Below are positions 58,401-64,000 of a stretch of 64,000 nt of DNA, piece by piece. Position 1 is the stretch's first letter. The number at the start of each line of letters is the position of its first letter. Made by a program: the position numbers and the translations under genes. The notes beneath the pieces were generated by a model, which worked only from the letters and a program-made list of their open reading frames with translations, ran no database searches and was not told the origin of the DNA. Origin of the DNA: a virus; IMG/VR virus record IMGVR_UViG_3300025674_000019, positions 32,001 through 96,000 of that record, one strand, 5' to 3'.

Positions 58401-59507
58401 AGTAGTTTGGGCGCTAGCTGTTTTCTCGTACTTCTCCACATCAACTCCCCAGTTCCTCAGAGCAGCAGCTCTACGCTTAGTAGGGTTCTTTAAGTACTGA
58501 GCTAAGTGCCTAGCCTTAAAGCTCTTCCAGCGCTTGATCTGCCTCTCATCATCGTCTGTACGGCGTCCCCTTGAGTACCTCTCGTACCACTGCAACCAGC
58601 CCTTAGGGTCTTGCTTATTGATCCAGTGCTCAGGCCACTCCTTCATGGAAGCTTCACTCGGAGCGTCACCGTACACTTGGTCGTAGACTCCTAGCTCCTT
58701 TAGTTGCTCTGGAGATAAGTCTGGGGTGAAGTCGGATTCACTAGCACTCTTCTCCAGTATGGCCCTATGTAGCTTAAGCCTACCAGCAGCTTCTTCTGCA
58801 AGCAGTGCCTCATATACATCTAGCTCTTCAGAGCCAAGAACCTCAGGAGCTTCTTTAGAGATAAACTCGCTACGCATTAGCTGAGGCCCCCACTCAAAAT
58901 TAGAGGGATCAAGCTCGTATAAGTGACCCTTGCGTCCTTTGTAGACCTTCTCAAAAGCCCCTGGGTACTGCTCCGTCATATGAAGAGTAGGATCACCATT
59001 ATAGGTACTTTGCTCAAAATCGGAGTCTCTCCAAGGTGCCATAAATGAGATAGCTTGTGCTCTACTAGGGGTACCAAACACTACAGGCTCATCTTCTGCT
59101 AAGTAGTGAGGCCTAGCTTCAAACTTATCTATCTTATTCTGACTTCCGTGGTAGATACGAGAAGGGGCTTCAGGGGCATCAAATTGTTTTTGATACTCTA
59201 TTTTTTCCTGCACGGCTTTTCTAAGTGCGTTCGCCTCTTCTTCAGACATATCTGAGTAGGTAGCAGAGGTCTTCTCGGCTATAGCCTCAGCCAGCTTATC
59301 CTTCTTGCTTCTATTAGTATCCCTACTGACTACTCGCCAGTTGCTAGGGTCGTTACTACCACCTCGGCTCAAAGGCACTTTGTGGTCTACTTCTTGGCCA
59401 GGCTTAGTGTCAGAGTTTCTATTAGCCTTGTTACGCATGGCTCTGCGCTTCTTTTGCTCTGGCTTAGAATGATACTCTTTGTATTCTTTCTTGTAGTCTC
59501 TAGCCAT
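52473..59507 (-). CDS. 2344-aa modular polyprotein: HNH, ART-like, DPxGW domain, TM repeats, PAP2 phosphatase, Pro/Thr linker, DUF5872-like, FMN reductase
   Basis: EVDHKVPLSRGGSND; YHGS...HLYEL; DPKGWLQWY...DDERQIKRW; RPRP, PSYPSGH and SRLQAGLHFPSD; KWSARAAQL; ILSGS...LSTPVFNY. GGAGG RBS. Confidence 0.8.
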   Translation of the reverse strand: MARDYKKEYKEYHSKPEQKKRRAMRNKANRNSDTKPGQEVDHKVPLSRGGSNDPSNWRVVSRDTNRSKKDKLAEAIAEKTSATYSDMSEEEANALRKAVQEKIEYQKQFDAPEAPSRIYHGSQNKIDKFEARPHYLAEDEPVVFGTPSRAQAISFMAPWRDSDFEQSTYNGDPTLHMTEQYPGAFEKVYKGRKGHLYELDPSNFEWGPQLMRSEFISKEAPEVLGSEELDVYEALLAEEAAGRLKLHRAILEKSASESDFTPDLSPEQLKELGVYDQVYGDAPSEASMKEWPEHWINKQDPKGWLQWYERYSRGRRTDDDERQIKRWKSFKARHLAQYLKNPTKRRAAALRNWGVDVEKYEKTASAQTTNQGPGLGAYAAGAAAAGALGYGGYRAYKAYRGNNTSQPKAYSPAQPQESSWAPWLAGAGLTAAGAYLGRGKLKGLASAIKKKPAGTAGTAGTAAMSDSQKLHQHLTKRMGYTEEQASSYVRGKDPFKFDQAKADASAKRFSQDQEALGKVLDAKQKEFEAYYGLGALRNRDASFPVQDAYAALYGRQGAIPHIANSAMAAVNPGKTGLYHKRVLRETLRKRGHTEWQDSLGLQDNVIPYLMQQGQKGVAGRIDSFLAGLPAHLKTAGLASAIIEKTASAQTTNQGPGLGAYAAGAAAAGALGYGGYRAYKAYRGNNTSQPKAYSPAQPQESSWAPWLAGAGLTAAGAYLGRGKLKGLASAIKKKPAGPPPPPPKPAPAHAPAPATAPTQSADDLVDFHAMFTISPEKLEGYLKNRGINPASASAEALGKEYKLGLEELNAILQESSMGMGARSITARGVQNPAFAPGPQQIRWGGLGRAPTASTPHSLNDFAAISVYPISVTGIPRKQAEKLMASRSAVASQGWLKQGLKANPDMVITRGPVSYGDVPLIKLVENKTLEEGLKKYHAGMREGAYSSSGYTPEMFSGALKTAGLASAIANLKYTTEVAPDFQPYIKQKRKVLTIPTEYLPKPDYPPNDSEATREELLEVKYHMDNPIIDEPTMMMCDREPEQLFYIVCEELGIDPLKDQAEGIYEDFNKIAFDLKYIFLRPRPWSLAEYHGVNLNVMPPPSSDTPSYPSGHAMMGYGLQAFYTEKYPEYSELWEKLGHTIQHSRLQAGLHFPSDNLYSKQIVEFVMAREDAGSRLKKAIVEKGLRSKTAGVLGNYIKQKNLETLEQAYLSLIGAGHVKDITPFVQKTDNLTRRQALGRILWETAQAPRKVKNIQREVSRAVNPFSQHASLSETAANVMAMYNPLAAPLSPQGTLAVAELPGLLLNLENIGSRLGRTLDPRGWQTVHKDIANRARQAIDKVDDLSYVAKDTQRAIDAYANKGVAAGHREVLNALQDGAIRRGTTLTDQVAQKAQTLIPSVGAVEAGLGRELRTRSSLAIAERNRLRSMTPEQRRQWNRENTISGRLAASIEKRVQGAKQKARGALLGATMRFGPKSTGGAPKRLYSQAPMESVMRKSASMKFRAFDAATGALAGYAASGENKGAQGALAGAIGGLALGAGGRKYINSRYKDLGSTGANWMNALVGTGMAGGGVAASVFAGGDGTAMKNNYKLSSAIASSMQKNASVTKQAKLKGNALETVQRLVEGAKAANPQASAEQITSSVVNSLNKGRSGGGGLKILENELNMGRVGSERIHSSQIGAAHPLQREIEMYVQKQDPLYQRWNELTFSSKDPLGINHMWEHNLKPLSPDSLGQLRREYQAAEGARAEAMRRVKEDNRIRRLRRDKARAQERAKAQVQAQLAAPAPAPVVLPTQTTERGQRFLFEPAAGPVRRVSASAESAAVAPRSEQLALDFSAPVVRPKPTPVVAPTPVVTPTPVVAPTPVSRAPVSPTPVVTPTPVVAPTPVSRAPVAPTPVVAPTPVVTPTPLERVVQRQQRMQPVDTALSKVSPPPSTQATESLREAVASQPTMASAAEEVAAAAANNPELRRALMLGIPVAGLGAAGLYAMGGSEKTSKAKKPKGTATKRDPKKWAAAKARAKAKMGGKWSARAAQLAVKYYKDSGGRYKGKKPTAKNNKLKKWTKQDWQWSGERKKEGSMTYASDLKKLAAAKSLASEAAKNRLRVAILSGSTGNDPEELSRSRALAETYRDYLESQGAEVDWMDMRDMGDMPDTYDWDTDWYDDYKKRLTDADAMVLSTPVFNYGPSGRVMQFLHRTLDKENQQYKPYALLSGAGTPRSALALGGLANQLDTEIKGIGIGGGVQVAGDEFNVETGEMDPGIVSRANENAAKLLQVARAMRSKQDLTTKEAKSKGVYLPAKSIDALKSSKKGRNKLKAAIRKKNKATREGEQHADHGLHKGKKRSKLGD
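53800..54000 (-). repeat. coding tandem repeats (PTPVV[A/T], PVSRAPV)
   Basis: 18-nt units of the type actactgg(a/g)gtagg. Confidence 0.75.
57301..58427 (-). repeat. 281-bp near-identical direct repeat (57301-57581 and 58147-58427)
   Basis: Both copies encode EKTASAQTTNQGPGLG...KKKPAG. Confidence 0.85.
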
Positions 59508-59549
59508 GGTTCCTCCGGGTTAAGCACTATAAGTATACGCCTAATAGTA

Positions 59550-59578
59550 CACCAAAAAACTCGTTCTTATGTCATAAG
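59550..59578 (+). promoter_or_regulatory. phage bipartite promoter copy (weaker upstream box)
   Basis: CACCAA-N14-TGT-CATAAG. Confidence 0.45.
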
Positions 59579-59606
59579 AATCTAGACATGCCCTTTAGGA
59601 GGTAAC

Positions 59607-60098
59607 ATGCGCCAGTCTGATGCAGACTACCTTACTATGCTCAGCGCTATTGCTGACTACGTCAGAAGTAATCCTCAAGACTATTACAATACCCAGAAGA
59701 TCGCAGGGTATATCCGTAGCGTGATGGGTGAGGAGAAACTTCCAAAGGAAAGAAGCGGAAGGATCTTCTCCGAGCTCTACGCTCGTAAAATATTCACTAG
59801 GAACAAGTATATGACTAGCGGAAAGCTGAAGAGCTACTTGGTCTATGTAGACCTCCGCAGTATCGAAAGGACTCTTGCACTTGCAGAAGAGAGCCCCGTA
59901 AAAGAGGCCAAGAAGGCTGTAAGGTCAGAGATTAGAGTATCTTACACTCTAGGGGGAGAGCCCGTTTCGGCTGAGTTCTATAAAAAGTTCTCAAGTCGAT
60001 TTACAGAAGAAGAGAAAGGTGCTAGCTACACCTTTAGAGGATCTAGCATCCCCGGAGGCCTCAACGCCCTTATTGAGTCTGTTCTTGAAGCCGACTAG
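59607..60098 (+). CDS. hypothetical protein, possible winged-helix DNA-binding protein
   Basis: AGGAGG RBS; helix-helix-helix-wing-like N-terminus. Confidence 0.55.
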   Translation: MRQSDADYLTMLSAIADYVRSNPQDYYNTQKIAGYIRSVMGEEKLPKERSGRIFSELYARKIFTRNKYMTSGKLKSYLVYVDLRSIERTLALAEESPVKEAKKAVRSEIRVSYTLGGEPVSAEFYKKFSSRFTEEEKGASYTFRGSSIPGGLNALIESVLEAD

Positions 60099-60115
60099 AT
60101 AAGGAGGCCTTCCTT

Positions 60116-60188
60116 GGGCTTGTAGCTCAGTGGTCAGAGCGACCGTCTCATAAACGGTTGGTCGTGGGTTCAATCCCCACCGAGCCCA
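60116..60188 (+). tRNA. tRNA with CAU anticodon (Ile2 or elongator Met)
   Basis: Cloverleaf GGGCTTG...CTCATAA...CGAGCCCA; lacks initiator features. Confidence 0.9.
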
Positions 60189-60353
60189 TTATTTTTTTAG
60201 ATCAGAGTACTTATCGTATTTTCCGTAGTCTTTGTCTTTTACCCAAGAGGGCAGAGGGAACTCTTCATCCTTTTTTTTAGCTTCCTTCTCAAAGCTTCCC
60301 TTGATGTCTTTATCGTAGTCAACGTACTTATCATCTGTTCCGTATTTAACCAC
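60189..60353 (-). CDS. small charged hypothetical protein
   Basis: GGAG RBS at the GTG at 60353, coupled to the upstream gene. Confidence 0.45.
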   Translation of the reverse strand: MVKYGTDDKYVDYDKDIKGSFEKEAKKKDEEFPLPSWVKDKDYGKYDKYSDLKK

Positions 60354-62445
60354 AGGTATTCTCCGGAGATTGTAGGTGCTCAGATGCATCTAGTCCCTCT
60401 AGAGCATCTGAAAACATTGAGAAGGAGCTTCCAGAAGAGATAGCTCCCGTAGAGATATTAGCAGTATTACTTAAAGAGGAATCCACCGACAACTGATCCG
60501 AGGGGTTAGACCCGCTTTCAGAGCTAAACAAAAGACTAAACGCAGAGAATAGTCTCTCTATAATCTCAGCTGTTTCTGAGGTAGCAACAAGCACAGCTCC
60601 GCAGACAGACTCACCGTTAGCAAACCAAGCGTAGTCAGAGGTATCAGCTTCGTTAGCAACCGCAGCTTCGTAGCCTGCTTTCTGCGTGTTTAAGTAGTCC
60701 TCTACGGCTTTCTTGATACCAGCAGCACCGCCGTTAGACGTGAAAGTGACTACACTCGCACCCAGTTCTAAGTTAAGAAGTTTCTCTATGAGGTAGTTAA
60801 CATTAAGCAGTACCTGCAGTACACCTCTAAGCTTATCAATGAGCCGTATGTAGAGATTAATAATCTGCTGAATAGCATTACTGGCTGTACTTAAGAAGGA
60901 TCTCAAGTACTCTACTAACTTGTTGAAGTACACTTTTAGATCATCAAAGACCGGAAAAGTCCAGTCCTTGCCGTACTTTAGCCAGTTGGGCGGAACACCC
61001 TCTGAGATTAAGGGTCTAGCAGATAGGTTAGGGTTCACCGGTATTCTTATAGATACTGGAGATGAGTACCTAACGATCTCTTCATCAGGGTTGTTTAAGA
61101 CGTAAGCCCCGTCTTCTAGGAAGTATCTATTGTACTTAACCCTGAGCTTTAAACTGTATGTCGACCCTTGAAGCAAGAATTGGCCAGAGGAGTCAGAGCT
61201 TATAGTCTCCTGACTAGAGTTTATTGCCAGCTCTAGCGCAGAGGCGTTACCAAAAGTAGGAAAACCTCCGGAGGCTACTGGGTCTAGGCCTTCAAAGTTA
61301 TTATCTCTGTACTTATCAAATGGCTGGAAAAGCTGGGCTTTCTGCGTAGGATCGGCAACTGTAGAAGGGTCCTGAACTACGTAGAGATCGTAAGTCTCTC
61401 CTGCATACTTAACCAAAGACGGGTACAGATCAGTACCTTCTAAGGCTCCGGAAGGATTATTGAGATCCACAAAGAGATCAGCGCTTGCCAAGGCGTCGTC
61501 ATACCCTACGACTTTCACTCTAGAGATAGCAGGCTTGGCCGGGGATAGCTGAGGGTCGTCATCAAAGAACTTGCTGTACCCCGAGATTAGGAGCTTTTGT
61601 ATCTGCTCCCAGGTAGTTAGTACTTCCTGGGCCGAGGGGAACCCAGCCTTTACGAGGAGCCCTGCAGACCAACCCAAAGTCTCTGTAGGCCTGTTAAAGT
61701 CCTTTTCGTCACTGAAGCTCTTGCTAAAGGTATCCAAGAAGGTAGCAGAGCCTTGCATGTTTCGGCCGGACTGGCTGAAGCCCACGAGCTGATCACGCAG
61801 ATTTTCCCTAGTAAGGAAGCCGGGCAGACTACCATCGGACCCATCTGCGGCTACAAAAGCTTTATCCACTACCTTAGCAAAGCCGTTAACTATGCTGGTG
61901 TCTATATCACTAGGCCCTACTGTGCTTCCATTCGGGCTTGGGATAATTGGAGGTATAGCAAGGACTCTAACCTTAGCGTCTACCTTAAATATATTAAGTA
62001 TACTAGTAATCCTGTTAAGGACTTCTTCGAGCAGGATCTTTAGCGCATCTTCTAGGCTTATAACTAGGGCCCTGAGGGCTTCCAGGATAGTCTTGGCAGT
62101 CTCTAGAGCAGAGACAATCTTCTCTAAGGTAGCACCGATACCTGAGACGGTATCTTTTACTGCCTCGGGGATACCGACTTTTAGAGTAAGTGGGCCTTGG
62201 TAGCTGATGCTTAAGTCTTCCAGGCTCTGCGAGCCTAAAACCTGCTCTAACGTATTGTTTATGCTAGATAACTTACTTATTGGGCTGGTAGCTCCGATAG
62301 TAGATACTAGGTTCTGTGTCTTACTTGTTATGCTTACTCCAAGCTGAGGCTCAAGGGAGTCAGTAAACCCAGTAAGAGTCCTATTAAGTCCGGCCACAGC
62401 CTGAGTCGGAGTGGTCCCAGTGTCGTACTTAGTTGATCTTGCCAC
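60346..62445 (-). CDS. hypothetical virion/baseplate protein (699 aa)
   Basis: Follows the spike gene; helical termini around a beta-rich core. Confidence 0.55.
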   Translation of the reverse strand: MARSTKYDTGTTPTQAVAGLNRTLTGFTDSLEPQLGVSITSKTQNLVSTIGATSPISKLSSINNTLEQVLGSQSLEDLSISYQGPLTLKVGIPEAVKDTVSGIGATLEKIVSALETAKTILEALRALVISLEDALKILLEEVLNRITSILNIFKVDAKVRVLAIPPIIPSPNGSTVGPSDIDTSIVNGFAKVVDKAFVAADGSDGSLPGFLTRENLRDQLVGFSQSGRNMQGSATFLDTFSKSFSDEKDFNRPTETLGWSAGLLVKAGFPSAQEVLTTWEQIQKLLISGYSKFFDDDPQLSPAKPAISRVKVVGYDDALASADLFVDLNNPSGALEGTDLYPSLVKYAGETYDLYVVQDPSTVADPTQKAQLFQPFDKYRDNNFEGLDPVASGGFPTFGNASALELAINSSQETISSDSSGQFLLQGSTYSLKLRVKYNRYFLEDGAYVLNNPDEEIVRYSSPVSIRIPVNPNLSARPLISEGVPPNWLKYGKDWTFPVFDDLKVYFNKLVEYLRSFLSTASNAIQQIINLYIRLIDKLRGVLQVLLNVNYLIEKLLNLELGASVVTFTSNGGAAGIKKAVEDYLNTQKAGYEAAVANEADTSDYAWFANGESVCGAVLVATSETAEIIERLFSAFSLLFSSESGSNPSDQLSVDSSLSNTANISTGAISSGSSFSMFSDALEGLDASEHLQSPENTCG

Positions 62446-62581
62446 GAGACCGCTCCAGTTCGTCTACTATCTTTTTTAGCTCTTTAGCCTGCTCTCGCAT
62501 AAAACCCTCCACTATTTTTGGAAGGGCATCTTTGATAAATTCTAAGTCTTCCCTAAGTTTCTGCTCCCTAGTCCTAGACAT
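62429..62581 (-). CDS. small helical protein (MSRTREQKLREDL..., 50 aa)
   Basis: TGATG coupling; GGAGG RBS. Confidence 0.55.
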   Translation of the reverse strand: MSRTREQKLREDLEFIKDALPKIVEGFMREQAKELKKIVDELERSRGKIN

Positions 62582-64000
62582 CACAGGCCTCCTAGAATAG
62601 TAGTCTGGCTCTCTATAGATGGGATAAGCCCAGACATAGTCCCGACAAAGTATCCGCCAGGGGCTGTAGGCTTAGGAGGATCCCCAGGAGCAGCATGAGT
62701 GTGAGAGTCCAAAGCCAGAAGTAGGGCCTGCAAAAAAGCGGCCATCGTCCCGTACTTGCACGCACCGGATAGCACTGGATTCTGTACTGCAGGGACATGA
62801 GGGGTGAATGACCAAGGGTCCGGGGTCCCGGGTATAAGGCTAGGCGGCACTGCTGGAAAGTTACCTACTAGAACTTTAGGGGAGTTAACAACCGTAGAGT
62901 ACGCTCCACCTGTAAGAGTAGGGAAAACTGGGTTACTTATTACTGTAGCCCCGTTTAAGGAGGGGTTTATACCAAGAGCTGGAGTAGTCTCTAAGCGTAT
63001 ATCTCCGCCTACAGTGTTCACTAGGAACTTACCGCCAGCACTAAGGTGAGTGCCAACTCTAACCACATGTGAACCAGCAGAGGTTATGTCTTCTCTGCTA
63101 GCAACGTTAGCAGGGGAGGCAGCTACTACAGGGTTCTGGAAAACAGTAGGTCCAGTAACTGTAGTATTTTTGTAACCGCCCACGCTAGTCGAGTCAGTGC
63201 CAGATACATTTACTTCTCGCTCCCCAAGTATATTAGTAGAGCTAGAATTATATGCAGTTGTGGAGATAGAACTAGCCTCTATGGCTACTTCCCCAGGAGC
63301 CTCTATCCTTTGGTTCTCTGAAGAAGACTGAGGCCCGAGGTTACGTATAGCGCCGTCAGGAGTCTGTAGGCTTACGCTTGTACCTCTAAGGAGTATATCC
63401 CCGTCCGGGTCTATGGTTATGCCGTGGCCATTAGCTGAAACTACTTCTAAGTTATTACCCAACCTCAGCTTTATAGGCTTATCCCTGGCTCCTTCTGACT
63501 GAGTAATAGGGCTAGAGTGCTCTAACCTAGTGGACCCGCTAAACTCCAGCGCAAACTCACCGTTATCATCAGGGGTAATAGTCAGACTACCCATAGCTGT
63601 AGAGAGCCTGAAGCTAGAGCAGTCTAGAGCCACTTCTCCAGTGAGCTTATTAGTTGTTACCTTAGCAGTCTCTGAGTCTAGAACATTGATGCCGCCCTTA
63701 AGGATCTTAAGAGAGTTTCCGCCTTCGGCTCTGTATATGTAATCCCCAGGAAGCGCTTCTGCTGGAGTAAGGGCTCTGTGAGAGTCAGAGCCTCTTCTCA
63801 CATAGTTAAGATCAGCGAGATGCCTAGATAGTTCGGTGTTGTCTACTTCTACTTCGCTGGATCCTAGAGCTAAAAGATCCCCAGGCACCTGCCGAGTGTA
63901 GCTTCCAGGGACACACCCCAGAATTATATACTCGTCAAACTCACCTTTTAGTAGGGCGACCTGGGAGCCAGGCCTATACATGGAGATCTGAGAGCTAGCT
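62581..64000 (-). CDS. baseplate central spike (gpV/gp5-like), 5'-truncated by the window edge
   Basis: PGSQVALL...YIILG OB-fold end, beta-helix-like repeats, and a C-terminal H-x-H motif (LDSHTH). Confidence 0.65.
   Translation of the reverse strand, partial: ASSQISMYRPGSQVALLKGEFDEYIILGCVPGSYTRQVPGDLLALGSSEVEVDNTELSRHLADLNYVRRGSDSHRALTPAEALPGDYIYRAEGGNSLKILKGGINVLDSETAKVTTNKLTGEVALDCSSFRLSTAMGSLTITPDDNGEFALEFSGSTRLEHSSPITQSEGARDKPIKLRLGNNLEVVSANGHGITIDPDGDILLRGTSVSLQTPDGAIRNLGPQSSSENQRIEAPGEVAIEASSISTTAYNSSSTNILGEREVNVSGTDSTSVGGYKNTTVTGPTVFQNPVVAASPANVASREDITSAGSHVVRVGTHLSAGGKFLVNTVGGDIRLETTPALGINPSLNGATVISNPVFPTLTGGAYSTVVNSPKVLVGNFPAVPPSLIPGTPDPWSFTPHVPAVQNPVLSGACKYGTMAAFLQALLLALDSHTHAAPGDPPKPTAPGGYFVGTMSGLIPSIESQTTILGGL

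Noticed and set aside
59290-59507. Free-standing HNH homing endonuclease
   Set aside because: It is the in-frame N-terminal module of the 2344-aa ORF, with no stop codon or separate gene.
2470-63742. Numerous 60-180-aa antisense ORFs in the ORF track (e.g. 12534, 13005, 38252, 53749, 56824)
   Set aside because: They are shadows of long genes on the opposite strand, Ser/Leu-rich and without RBS.
1-64000. Stop-codon reassignment (TAG), suggested by abundant CTAG/TAG
   Set aside because: Long genes are intact under code 11, many end in TAG with tight coupling to the next gene, and there is no suppressor (CUA-anticodon) tRNA.

Overview
This window reads as a 64-kb internal fragment of a large contractile-tailed phage, probably a jumbo phage. 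Coding density is high under the standard genetic code and CTAG is conspicuously frequent. From left to right it holds: a RuvC-like resolvase; a baseplate/tail module (baseplate J-like, gp25-like, hub-like, tape-measure-like, and a tail chaperone with a -1 frameshift) with a phage sigma factor inside it; nucleotide-metabolism genes (nrdJ, thyX, dCMP deaminase, DUF3310); a tail fibre; a ribbon-helix-helix gene next to a ~850-bp symmetric repeat array (origin- or centromere-like); two long, highly structured non-coding regions (~970 nt and ~640 nt; candidate giant ncRNAs); seven tRNAs; an early-gene region driven by a recurring bipartite promoter (CGYAAA-N14/15-TGN-YATAAG) and cut into cassettes by a repeated terminator+promoter module; phoH; and, at the right end, more virion genes including a gpV-like spike. 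The most unusual signal is a dispersed set of at least eight proteins punctuated by a K-x-A/S motif (EKTA, KTAS, KEAS, KVAS, KLAA) and carrying Gly/Ala-rich membrane helices. The largest is a 2344-aa polyprotein in which unrelated enzyme modules (HNH, ADP-ribosyltransferase-like, PAP2 phosphatase, FMN reductase) sit between these motifs. My inference is a protease-processed system that delivers cargo in the virion. All product calls come from reading motifs by eye; no database search was run.
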